Shown in pieces: positions 17,339 through 26,449 of a stretch of DNA of 48,581 nucleotides; the first letter of the stretch is position 1; every line of letters begins with the position of its first letter. The notes below the pieces were generated by a model that had not been told where the DNA came from, made no database searches, and saw only the letters and a program-made list of their open reading frames with translations. The DNA is from a virus. Taxonomy: Duplodnaviria; Caudoviricetes. Location: the IMG/VR virus record IMGVR_UViG_3300017589_000093, positions 1 to 48,581 of that record. One strand, 5' to 3'. Both the position numbers and the translations under genes were made by a program.

Positions 17339-18128
17339 GACTCTTAGCCTTACGTTCGTTCTCGATTCCAATCTCTAAAGTATAAAGGGCATCATACAGG
17401 TAGGCAGATTTAACCTGATCCTTTTTCGTTACATCGCCACCAGCAAGGGCATCCACAACACGCATCTGATTGTCAAATACCGATCCGGATCCCGATTCGC
17501 CACCCGAAAATACATTTGGGAACTTTTCGCGGATGAACTCCATCGAACCAATGTAATACCAGATCAGCACCCGGATAATGTCCGGACGAACCAACTTAAT
17601 CACTTCCGGCGAACCCTCTTCGGATGTGTTGAACTTGTCTTTCTTGTAAATTGTCGCTAAGAACTTGTACACTCCATCTTCGGCGTTAAGCATTTGCTGG
17701 TAACTTTGCAACATGATAAACTGGCCGTATGTGATATTGGAAAGCGCATCTTCCGGACCAGCAATAAAGCCCATCTTCGTTTCGATTACAGGAAATGGAT
17801 TGCGGGTAAGGCGAACATCCAACACCGGCAAACCGTCCGCAGTCTCTTTAAACAGCCAATCCAATGAATGAGCCATGTCCGACAACTGTAGCGCCGAAAG
17901 AAAATAAGATTTTCCGGCAATGGTTATGTGATAGCGAATTCCATCCCTGGCCGTTTCGTATTTTTTTACCGACGCCTTAATCATAAACAAAAGCATCTTA
18001 AGCTTTACGGCATCCGGGGTAACTGGTCCGCTCATTACGATACTTAAAAAAACAAGTTCTTCGTCCGATAATTCATTCCAGGTAGAAGGTATTTCGCACT
18101 TTATCCTGTCTATCGTGATTGTTTTCAT
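17331..18128 (-). CDS. Hypothetical phage morphogenesis protein
   Basis: 265 aa; IPSTWNEL N-terminus; coupled to its neighbours. Confidence 0.7.
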   Translation of the reverse strand: MKTITIDRIKCEIPSTWNELSDEELVFLSIVMSGPVTPDAVKLKMLLFMIKASVKKYETARDGIRYHITIAGKSYFLSALQLSDMAHSLDWLFKETADGLPVLDVRLTRNPFPVIETKMGFIAGPEDALSNITYGQFIMLQSYQQMLNAEDGVYKFLATIYKKDKFNTSEEGSPEVIKLVRPDIIRVLIWYYIGSMEFIREKFPNVFSGGESGSGSVFDNQMRVVDALAGGDVTKKDQVKSAYLYDALYTLEIGIENERKAKSHV

Positions 18129-19069
18129 ACTACAAATATTTTGTTTTCGATCTTGTTAAACTCAGAAGCGGGGGTAAGTGTATCAATGCCGAACTGTGCC
18201 GCATTTGAACTGATTACCTGCAGTGCATTCCCGAATGCCCGGTCTGCTTGTTCGCCATAAAAATTGCCGTTGGCCGAAGCATCTGCATACACCGGCCGGA
18301 TCAGCGCCTTAAATTCAAGGAGTCCCGGAGCGGAACGTTGTTCCCTGGTTGTTTGCGAGGTGTGAAGCTGGGCCACTTTATTGGCCAGCCATACACGCAA
18401 AGAACGGATAACATCTCCTTGTTCGGCAGTCTGGTCTCCGTCAACAATTCCAAACAGCATAGACGCAACGCCTGCAGGAAGCAGGTTCCCGAGTGAGTAT
18501 TCCAGGGAAAGAAGTAGGGGCGTAAATTTCTCGTAGGTCAGCCTGGAGTAGCTGATATCAACAAAGCCCATCGACTGAAACTCCTGTGCATTTTTAAGAA
18601 GTACACATTTGGCAGTCTTGCAGAAAGGAGCCTGATCCCACAGTGGAAACAATTCCCGGTTTTCTTCCAGGAATACAATCATCCGTTCGATGGCATCGAA
18701 TCCACGCCGAAGGGCGCTCTCTTTTGCCAGGAGAATTTTTGCGTCTGAAGCCGGGGTTTTAGTATCCGATTTCGAAACAGTGTGTCCACTGTCGCCAATC
18801 ATGATGGAAAGTTCGTCCGTCCCCAGAGCCACGGCAAGCGGACCAATGGCCTGCTTACAAAACTCAATAAACTCCTCGAAAGGAGCGTCTCCTTCTACAG
18901 GCGCATCTCCTTTAAGGTATTCCACTATAGACAGATAGAGAGGTTTCCCGATGTATCTGTACAGGTAATGTTCCGTAGCGTACTGCAGGTACGGTTCAAT
19001 TGTCTCGTAAGGAAGCGTAGCATTTACTTTTATGGTACGCCGTAAATCTTCTATGTTGGTAATTAGCAT
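18125..19069 (-). CDS. Putative head-tail adaptor (DUF6712-like)
   Basis: 314 aa directly after the portal; family recalled from Bacteroidota phages. Confidence 0.6.
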   Translation of the reverse strand: MLITNIEDLRRTIKVNATLPYETIEPYLQYATEHYLYRYIGKPLYLSIVEYLKGDAPVEGDAPFEEFIEFCKQAIGPLAVALGTDELSIMIGDSGHTVSKSDTKTPASDAKILLAKESALRRGFDAIERMIVFLEENRELFPLWDQAPFCKTAKCVLLKNAQEFQSMGFVDISYSRLTYEKFTPLLLSLEYSLGNLLPAGVASMLFGIVDGDQTAEQGDVIRSLRVWLANKVAQLHTSQTTREQRSAPGLLEFKALIRPVYADASANGNFYGEQADRAFGNALQVISSNAAQFGIDTLTPASEFNKIENKIFVV

Positions 19070-19071
19070 AG

Positions 19072-20484
19072 TTATACTTTTTGTGAGCCGATCGATTTTT
19101 CGGCACCTGTGTTTTTATCCAATGTGGTCAACTGGGTGTTGGCAATAAAGAAATGAATGTCTTCATCCCATCCGTTCACTTTCTTAGCAAGATAGAGAGG
19201 CTTTACCATCAGCTCGCGCATGGGCTTACAAAGCGCATTGGCGATGATGAATAGTTCCCTGGCTTCCGTTCCGTTAATTGTCTTACTCTTTCCAGGACTT
19301 GCCCCCTTCAGGGACGGATGTACTGACATGGTATTACAGATTACATTCGTAGCCTCTTCGCTGTCTTCGATATACTCGCCACCCTTGATAAATGATTCCA
19401 GCGGCTTGATAATAAAGTCGTGTTCATCGAATTTATTAATCTTGTCATAAGAGTAGTGAGAAACAAAGCTCTTACCGGCATTCTCTTCGCCGCTAAGGAA
19501 GTCGTTCAATTGAGTCAGTATCTTCTTGCGGGCTTCCGCTTCTTTCTCGGCATTGCCTGAAATGCCCAGATCCTTAAACAGCTTCGACCAAAAAGACGTA
19601 TTGATCGTAACATGGTACTTAAGCACCATTTGATTCTTAAGAAGCGCTTTCTTGAATTTAGGGATCGAGCAGCTGAAGTCGTACCAGTCCAGGAATATAC
19701 TCCACCAGTAGGGTCGATTGTAATAGGCCCGTCCCGGAACCGGTTTATTCAGCGACATCATCAGGAAGTTTCCGGCTGTAGGTTTTTTTTCTCCCGTAGC
19801 AGGATCGATACGCTCGCCAATCCGGATAAGCATGTCCTCCATGGTCCGGTCGCGGCTAAGTAATTCCGTTACAACAGCATCATCCGGAGCGGTAGAGTCT
19901 GGCCACTTCGAAGAATACCCGTGGTACTCTATACGTCCTTTTTCGTTCTGCTTTGAAATCCTGGAGAAACACATTTCGCGGTGAAACATGGAAGCCACTT
20001 TATACTTGTCCCCCTTCGTACGACGACCGAACGAAAGCCCTACAAACGAATCGGCAAACACTACCAGGTCGGCCGCCACTTCCTGCATCATACGCCCATA
20101 ATCAACCAGCTCCATAAAGTCAAATACATCCTTAGCCTCTGTAGGAAGCAACTCTTTAAATTCTACAGAGCCATCAGCGTTCTTGACCTTCCTGCAAACA
20201 AAAACTCCATCGCCATACAGCAGATCCGCTTTAAATTCCACATTGCTGCCAACGATGGTATTTTCGCCAATCTTTTTCATAATCTGGATAGGTAGATCGT
20301 TTTTGCTCCCAAAAGGCATGAACTCTATATTCTTTGTTTTTACCGGCGATCCTTTAGCAGGATCAACCGACACGGTTGTTGCATTCTTCTCATCAATAAA
20401 CGCCTCCGAACTAGGCATCACCACGGCGGCAGCTCCTCCCTCGAGGTAGGCGGTTGTTCCAAAATCAAAAACGTTATTAGGCAT
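19072..20484 (-). CDS. Portal protein
   Basis: 470 aa; PFGSKNDLP, YYNRPYW, LSGEENAGK, GTEARE motifs typical of Bacteroidota phage portals. Confidence 0.85.
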   Translation of the reverse strand: MPNNVFDFGTTAYLEGGAAAVVMPSSEAFIDEKNATTVSVDPAKGSPVKTKNIEFMPFGSKNDLPIQIMKKIGENTIVGSNVEFKADLLYGDGVFVCRKVKNADGSVEFKELLPTEAKDVFDFMELVDYGRMMQEVAADLVVFADSFVGLSFGRRTKGDKYKVASMFHREMCFSRISKQNEKGRIEYHGYSSKWPDSTAPDDAVVTELLSRDRTMEDMLIRIGERIDPATGEKKPTAGNFLMMSLNKPVPGRAYYNRPYWWSIFLDWYDFSCSIPKFKKALLKNQMVLKYHVTINTSFWSKLFKDLGISGNAEKEAEARKKILTQLNDFLSGEENAGKSFVSHYSYDKINKFDEHDFIIKPLESFIKGGEYIEDSEEATNVICNTMSVHPSLKGASPGKSKTINGTEARELFIIANALCKPMRELMVKPLYLAKKVNGWDEDIHFFIANTQLTTLDKNTGAEKSIGSQKV

Positions 20485-20749
20485 ATACTTTTTTTGAATT
20501 AAATTTTATAATCATACATTTTAAAAACTTTTTCGGGTGGATATCCCCCTGAATCCGGATGTTAACCGTATCGCCGGTTGCATGTATAGAACTGAAGTAG
20601 GCAACCGGGTAATGAACGATAGATCCTGCTTCGCCGTTTCCTTCGCGGCTGTCAGACAATCGGACGTACGAAAAGCTGAAAGGACGATAACGACCGTTTT
20701 CTTTTCGCTGCATTTCGATAAACACCGCTGTCTGCTTAATCCTGATCAT
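20477..20749 (-). CDS. Hypothetical small basic phage protein
   Basis: ORF 20477..20782; likely start MIRIKQ at 20749 (ATGA overlap with the upstream stop). Confidence 0.65.
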   Translation of the reverse strand: MIRIKQTAVFIEMQRKENGRYRPFSFSYVRLSDSREGNGEAGSIVHYPVAYFSSIHATGDTVNIRIQGDIHPKKFLKCMIIKFNSKKVYA

Positions 20750-21255
20750 GTTTTTTTCTTCGTAAAGTATAGAGCCACACAACTCAACAGGAACAGCTCC
20801 AGCAAAACGTACACTACCGAATACATGATACCAGGTATCTCATTCTTTACATCCGTGTTGATCGTTTTATCTTCCTGCGAAAAGGTTGATGTAGTTCCAG
20901 ACAGGTTAAGAGACTGATTTACATGCTCGTCCAAAGCAGACTTAAAGTCCAGCTTCATATCCGTTACAGAGAGGTCTGTATATTTTGCCTCTTCAGCAAT
21001 TGGATATTGTCCACTTGAATCGGGTTGTCCGGAAGTGTCACGACGTACCCAGACGAACGTGACGTTTTTTTGTTGTCGCACATCGGCGGCATACGATTCA
21101 AATCCCGATTTGGCGAATTGGTACGAATAGGCTGCTTCGGTTCGCGTCGAATCAACCTGAACATGGCCAGAAGTCCCACTACGATGGACGCTGCACCCAC
21201 AAATGAAAGCCATAGCTGCACAACAGACAATAATTCGTTTAAGTCCATTTTTCAT
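20746..21255 (-). CDS. Putative unimolecular spanin
   Basis: N-terminal lipoprotein signal (AFICG-C), C-terminal TM helix with KKKT tail; follows the endolysin. Confidence 0.7.
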   Translation of the reverse strand: MKNGLKRIIVCCAAMAFICGCSVHRSGTSGHVQVDSTRTEAAYSYQFAKSGFESYAADVRQQKNVTFVWVRRDTSGQPDSSGQYPIAEEAKYTDLSVTDMKLDFKSALDEHVNQSLNLSGTTSTFSQEDKTINTDVKNEIPGIMYSVVYVLLELFLLSCVALYFTKKKT

Positions 21256-21261
21256 AAAATG

Positions 21262-21798
21262 TTAAGTTAAGGTATTTAAAGCAACCTTGTGGAAGTCTTC
21301 GCGGCTTGCAAGGCCGTTGTACCCACCGTTAATGATCTTGGTAACACGGCGGAAATCTCCGGAGTCTGCTACCGCGTTAAGTCCGTGCCCATTCCACCAC
21401 CAGCAAGCCGATTGTACAGCGTACTGAGGTTGCTCAAGCAATTCCGGTTTAGCCATCAAGTCGAGGCCCAACCCTTTAGATGCTGCTTCGTAGTTTCCAC
21501 GTCCGGTAATCTGTATCAATCCACGGCCTTTGTATTTCTGTCCGTCGCCATCAGCTTCAGGAGTGTTACCCAACCGCTTGGCAAGGCTTCCGGTATCGTA
21601 GGCTTCTCCGCTGGCAATCTCCTTCACGTAGCGGAGCGAACCGCTTTCGTGTGCGATTTGAGCAAGAAAGGCGGCCTTTCTGATCTTAGTATTAATGCCA
21701 TATTGCTCCATATACTTGTTAAGAAATGGAAGGAACAAATCCCTGTTCTTCGGAGTCGAATAGGGCATAATGGTTCTGAGTTGTACATCTGTAATCAT
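21262..21798 (-). CDS. Endolysin, glycoside hydrolase family 19
   Basis: FLAQIAHESG, YKGRGLIQITGRGNY and INGGYNGL motifs. Confidence 0.93.
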   Translation of the reverse strand: MITDVQLRTIMPYSTPKNRDLFLPFLNKYMEQYGINTKIRKAAFLAQIAHESGSLRYVKEIASGEAYDTGSLAKRLGNTPEADGDGQKYKGRGLIQITGRGNYEAASKGLGLDLMAKPELLEQPQYAVQSACWWWNGHGLNAVADSGDFRRVTKIINGGYNGLASREDFHKVALNTLT

Positions 21799-22289
21799 TT
21801 CTTATCCTCCGATTTAAAGATTTCCGAAATGTCTTTACCCATCTTGTTCTCAATTTCTCCCTTCAGCTGCATGCGCAGAATCTTCGGAAAAGGCATATCG
21901 GGGCGCAATATCAACGCACTACCAAGTATACTCCATCCCTCGCAGGCAATAGCCAGGACAACGGCCGATTTTGTAAACAAAAAGATATCGGATGAAAAAA
22001 CATACTCGCCCAGGTAGATTGTAAGGAGCGGGCCAAAGTATATCATTACCTTTAAAAAGGTAAGTCGACCGCCGAAGGAGAATAAAAACTTCTTTAGCTT
22101 AATCTGAGCGGCCAGGGCAAACACCAGGTCGATCAGTATAGCCACAGACAACAACACAAATGGCACAACAATAGGGGAGATAAAAGAAATAAGCAACATG
22201 AAGAGCGTTCCGACCAGACCCCACTCGCTGTTTAACACAGCCTGTATCTTTGTTAAGATACTGGAAACAATTAAACTTAACATAGGCAT
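21795..22289 (-). CDS. Holin (phage holin 4-like)
   Basis: 164 aa, several TM helices, EGWSILG motif, charged C-terminus, directly before the endolysin. Confidence 0.8.
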   Translation of the reverse strand: MPMLSLIVSSILTKIQAVLNSEWGLVGTLFMLLISFISPIVVPFVLLSVAILIDLVFALAAQIKLKKFLFSFGGRLTFLKVMIYFGPLLTIYLGEYVFSSDIFLFTKSAVVLAIACEGWSILGSALILRPDMPFPKILRMQLKGEIENKMGKDISEIFKSEDKK

Positions 22290-22319
22290 TTTTTTAACAG
22301 GTTATTGAAAAAGAATACT

Positions 22320-22355
22320 CAAAAATAGCCAATGCTTACAGCGTAGTAAAGGACA
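22320..22355 (-). promoter_or_regulatory. Putative phage late promoter (lysis-portal-tail operon)
   Basis: TGTCCTTT-N20-TATTTTTG. Confidence 0.75.
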
Positions 22356-22577
22356 CAATTGAGCCACCCGCAAAAAACAACACGTCAAAAACTGCCAAAT
22401 CAAAACACTCATTCCATTCTCAAAGTAAAAATACCAAAATGGTAAAAATCAAACGGATACATCCCGGAATCTGGATCGAAGCTCTCACTCTTTTCAGTTA
22501 GCCTCGCAGCGCCCTCCAAAAATAGTGCGGGCGAGAAGGCAAAAAATGCCGTTATATGCCACGAGGTAACCAAAACG

Positions 22578-24311
22578 TTAGGAGTGGTCGAGAAATGCGA
22601 TCGATGATCCGGATGCAGATGTGTTAGGCATGTGGTAGTTGGCACCAACATACAGCGTATCCCATGCGTCAGTAACGTGCGTCTTGTACTCGTCCGGACT
22701 CTCCGGGCTATCCTCTAATGCTTCTGGTCGCTTATCCTTTTCGAATCCGTTCTTACCTTGCTTGACACCGGTCTGCTCCATGGCCAGCTTCAGGAACTCG
22801 TTGTGATATGGATTAAATGTAGGAGACAACAGCGAATCGTCTCCATTCAGCCCACGGTTGATCATGACGTGCTTCCAGTCGTGACGGGGAGCCTGACCTA
22901 TATACACATCCGTAACATCCCACCGATACTCTTCGAGGATCCGGATGATTGTATCACGATAGCTCTCTGCATTGTTACCGGTTGTCCAGGTGAATGTGTG
23001 GTCGTAGAAGAATACAATCTCTTTACGTAGCTTAGGACTGTAGTACTCGCATACACGACGTACCAGGTCGTCCAGCTTACTGGGTGTCTTAACAAAGAAA
23101 CTCTTAAGCGTTCGCATGGTATGGTTCTGCACTTGGCCCACACATGCGGTGGATATCGCTGAGTTGGAGTCGAATGCGATAAGGATAGGATCATCAAAGT
23201 TAAGATCTCCATCCGCCAGACAGCCGCACGTCTGCAGGCGATTCCAATCATTGCCCATGCCTTCCATATAGCGGCTTTCGGGCGGTGTTGTGAAGTGCCT
23301 AACTTCATCCAGACTACTATAGAAACAGTCGGCAACTCGGAACAGGCGCTCGTTAAGGAAAGCCGTACGCCACACCAGGGCGGGCGAATCCCGGTACATC
23401 TGCCAGATGAAGTCCTTACCGACTACCTCGAGGTTATCGAATATATCGTACTCACCATAGAATACAGCATACTCGCGATCCTTCCCTTTTACAGGTTTAA
23501 CCGGCCGTTGGAACTTACGGGCAAGGCCCAGGTCGCGCCTGGTCTCTTTTATAACCCTCTTTGTCCAGGCATTTTGTTCCGGAAGCCTTTCGGTAGTCTT
23601 TAGCTTATAATACAGATTACGGATAAGCTGTACATGTACGGGATTCATCTCCTCGCGCTTATCCAGGATCCAGCGCCCTTTCTTTGTATTAGGCATATCG
23701 GTGGTATACATAACACTGTGATGCCAGGGCGAATAATCAAAGTATTGACGGTTACCACGATTAGCCGGGTTAACCTCTGTTTTAATCTTATCGTAGTCCA
23801 GGAACTTAGCCTCTGGGCCAAGCACCCAATCCAACGACATGGAGTTTGCAGACATCCCGTTACTGAAGGATAGTACAACCATCACCGTTCCATTCCAGAA
23901 GTGGATACAATTACCCCAGGCATCGCGCAGGGGTGGGCGTTTAGGTTGTTTAAAACCTGCAGATTTAGGAGCCTTACGGCCAACAAAGTAATGAATACCC
24001 TCCACATATCCCCATTGCGCCAGGGCGTGCAGGATTGCCGGCAACGTATTTCCCCAGGCTTTGGCGTACGAAGGGGAGATAAGCGCACCCAACGATCCGG
24101 GCATGGACCAAACGTTACGAACGATAAAGCGGGCATCCAATCCCTCGGATTTACCTGTACCGCGCGAACATACCCAATATTCATCGTGTGCCGATACAGC
24201 CATCCCTATGCGCTGAATCTTATTGAAAAACTTCTTTACCGTATTTTCTTTGGAAAGCAAATTTTCAACCGATTTAACGCCTTTAGCCTCTTTACTCTCA
24301 GTACCCATCAT
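22578..24311 (-). CDS. terL: Terminase large subunit
   Basis: 577 aa; Walker A SRGTGKS, Walker B-like LGPEAK, nuclease IAFDSN and HVTDAWD motifs. Confidence 0.88.
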   Translation of the reverse strand: MMGTESKEAKGVKSVENLLSKENTVKKFFNKIQRIGMAVSAHDEYWVCSRGTGKSEGLDARFIVRNVWSMPGSLGALISPSYAKAWGNTLPAILHALAQWGYVEGIHYFVGRKAPKSAGFKQPKRPPLRDAWGNCIHFWNGTVMVVLSFSNGMSANSMSLDWVLGPEAKFLDYDKIKTEVNPANRGNRQYFDYSPWHHSVMYTTDMPNTKKGRWILDKREEMNPVHVQLIRNLYYKLKTTERLPEQNAWTKRVIKETRRDLGLARKFQRPVKPVKGKDREYAVFYGEYDIFDNLEVVGKDFIWQMYRDSPALVWRTAFLNERLFRVADCFYSSLDEVRHFTTPPESRYMEGMGNDWNRLQTCGCLADGDLNFDDPILIAFDSNSAISTACVGQVQNHTMRTLKSFFVKTPSKLDDLVRRVCEYYSPKLRKEIVFFYDHTFTWTTGNNAESYRDTIIRILEEYRWDVTDVYIGQAPRHDWKHVMINRGLNGDDSLLSPTFNPYHNEFLKLAMEQTGVKQGKNGFEKDKRPEALEDSPESPDEYKTHVTDAWDTLYVGANYHMPNTSASGSSIAFLDHS

Positions 24312-24906
24312 CGTCCTGGTCCTCCAGTATTAAAGCGTCCTGTATGTTTTTATCGTTCTTAAACAAAGCCCTGAAGGCTGCCCGTTCCTCTTCCAGATTT
24401 GGTATTTGTTCGAATCCATCGCCAAGCAGGGTAACATCATCGCTAGGCTCGAATACAGGAGGCTCGAAGTTGTCGTAATTTAATGCATCATCATCTTTGT
24501 CCACCCGGGTATACTTACCTATCTTATCCGCATTTGCGGCAATTCCATGCGGATCGTTGTTTGTTTTGGCTATTTCAATACCCTTTTTGCAGGCTTCTAC
24601 AATCAGGTGTCTGTACCATTCTTTTGACGACAATTTTATATTTCCAACCAACCGGCGTACGGCTGCCATATCCCGGTAAGCGGTTGCTGTAGATATAGGT
24701 TCAAATAACCCTTCACCTCCCTTGGTAAGGAATGTAACCAGGTCCGAATCCAACATGGACGGGTTTTCCATCATTTTTGATACACAGAGCAACCACCTGT
24801 CTTTTTGCTGCATTTCGCGTTCAGACAGGTATACAGAAGCCTCTTCTCTCGACTTATAGAGTACAAGTTCTATCTTATCGTACGTAGTTAATTCCTTATT
24901 AGCCAT
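24298..24906 (-). CDS. Putative terminase small subunit
   Basis: Overlaps the terL start; HTH-like ISTATAYRDM; likely start MANKEL at 24906 because a hairpin covers the longer start. Confidence 0.65.
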   Translation of the reverse strand: MANKELTTYDKIELVLYKSREEASVYLSEREMQQKDRWLLCVSKMMENPSMLDSDLVTFLTKGGEGLFEPISTATAYRDMAAVRRLVGNIKLSSKEWYRHLIVEACKKGIEIAKTNNDPHGIAANADKIGKYTRVDKDDDALNYDNFEPPVFEPSDDVTLLGDGFEQIPNLEEERAAFRALFKNDKNIQDALILEDQDDDGY

Positions 24907-24922
24907 AGTCAATGTTTTATAA

Positions 24923-24956
24923 AAAAAGGGCATACACTTGCAGCGATGCCCTTTTT
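24923..24956. terminator. Intrinsic terminator-like hairpin
   Basis: AAAAAGGGCAT...ATGCCCTTTTT with T-runs on both strands. Confidence 0.65.
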
Positions 24957-24975
24957 ACAATCTAAACAACCCAAA

Positions 24976-25740
24976 TTATGCCTGAGGAATCTTCGCCATT
25001 AAGTCGGCCAGTTCCTTGTTAAATTTTTCCAGGCGCTCGCAGGCGGCCGCCCTCAGGTTTTCTTTTCCGTTCTCGGAGTGAAGCAAAATAGCTTTCTCTG
25101 TACGGGCTATTTTTTCTTTGATTCTCTCAATTCTTTTGGCAAGCATCATTCCATCAAGCAGCGGATTGGCTGGGAGCGGTTCCGGCTGAGCAAAGCCAAC
25201 ATCAAGCAGGGCGTTCTTAGACTTCGCGTAAGCATCCAGCTCATTCCAGATGGTTTTCCGTTCATACCACAGGTTAAACACTTCCTTAGCCAGTTCTGCC
25301 CGATCTTTATCCTGGATAGCTTCGGACGACATCTCCGTAAAAGCAGCTGCATAAAGCGGTGTGATTTCGCGGATCCGCTTAACACGCCCCTGTAGTTCCT
25401 CCGGAAGGTCTGCCAGTGTAATCTTTGCACCCGGAGTCTTGCTCTTGTCGGGTGGGTTTCCTGCGGCTTTTCCGGAGGGTTTTGATGGATCTTTACCAAC
25501 AGAAACAATTCCTACAGAATCTTTTCTTTCTACGCTTTGCGTAACAACAGCATCGCGGTCTATCACCGTAAGTTTATTAACTAATGTTGTCATGTGACCG
25601 TCGAATGCCGGGCACGAATTAACCTCGTTAAAGTACGCCCCGAACTTGCTCTTAAGCTCCTGAGACGCATATTTGTTAAATAAGGCAAGGCCGTCGGCAT
25701 ACTTGCGCCGACGGTCTGCTAACCATTGTTTTATTGTCAT
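24976..25740 (-). CDS. Hypothetical phage protein
   Basis: 254 aa helical protein between the structural genes and terminase. Confidence 0.75.
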   Translation of the reverse strand: MTIKQWLADRRRKYADGLALFNKYASQELKSKFGAYFNEVNSCPAFDGHMTTLVNKLTVIDRDAVVTQSVERKDSVGIVSVGKDPSKPSGKAAGNPPDKSKTPGAKITLADLPEELQGRVKRIREITPLYAAAFTEMSSEAIQDKDRAELAKEVFNLWYERKTIWNELDAYAKSKNALLDVGFAQPEPLPANPLLDGMMLAKRIERIKEKIARTEKAILLHSENGKENLRAAACERLEKFNKELADLMAKIPQA

Positions 25741-25755
25741 GACTCAATTTTTAGG

Positions 25756-26394
25756 TTATACGAATAAAGCGTCGATATCGATCGGCGTACCCATATGGAT
25801 TTTAGGAGCAACAGAATCGAAATCGAAAGTAAAAGAGAATCCCCTTTTATCAGCAGCAGCTTTTCCACCATCGTAAGCGGCGGTAAGCGTACAAGGGTAG
25901 CCTGGTTGGCCAACGATGTACTGGTTATCGTTGTCCTCTATAATCAGGTAACCCGGAGTATTGGCTATCTTTCGAGCCAAAATATCAGCCGCTTTCTTGT
26001 TCCCAGGATGGAAGAACTCCCCGGTGTGCTTGTATGACTTACAGTCCACTTCGCCCTGCGAATCGGCTTTATACCCCACCGATTTCGGTGTCGCGTATAT
26101 GGCAGTAGGTTTCCCGGCTACGGCATCTTTAAAAACAAAAGAACCGGCAGCCGTTACATAATCATCATCCGCGACGGTCGACGCCGGCAAGGTAGGTACC
26201 CCGCTTACAGCGTCTTGAGGTATAAACAACAGCCTGTTTTTATACCCGCCCATATTGTCGGCACCAGCCGGCCACAACAGCGGAGCAAAAACAGCGCAAG
26301 ACAGATGCTGAGCACCCATCTCCGGAACAATAAACAAGGACGCCACGATGGCGAACAAAAATACTACTGATAATAGTTTGAATATCTGTCTCAT
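25756..26394 (-). CDS. Putative major tail tube protein with N-terminal signal-like segment
   Basis: 212 aa directly after the capsid gene; beta-rich body ending GKAAADKRGFSFTF; hydrophobic residues 7-23. Confidence 0.55.
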   Translation of the reverse strand: MRQIFKLLSVVFLFAIVASLFIVPEMGAQHLSCAVFAPLLWPAGADNMGGYKNRLLFIPQDAVSGVPTLPASTVADDDYVTAAGSFVFKDAVAGKPTAIYATPKSVGYKADSQGEVDCKSYKHTGEFFHPGNKKAADILARKIANTPGYLIIEDNDNQYIVGQPGYPCTLTAAYDGGKAAADKRGFSFTFDFDSVAPKIHMGTPIDIDALFV

Positions 26395-26422
26395 AAGAGT
26401 AATTTATTGAAGTTATACAATA

Positions 26423-26440
26423 GCGGGGGTTTCCCCCCGC
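26423..26440 (-). terminator. GC-rich hairpin after the capsid gene
   Basis: GCGGGGG...CCCCCGC stem; weak U-tract. Confidence 0.5.
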
Positions 26441-26449
26441 CTGTTAAAT

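Noticed and set aside
21289-22017. 242-aa plus-strand ORF opposite endolysin/holin (and similar 26723..27448, 38028..38606)
   Set aside because: Antisense to well-supported genes, with no motifs or expression signals
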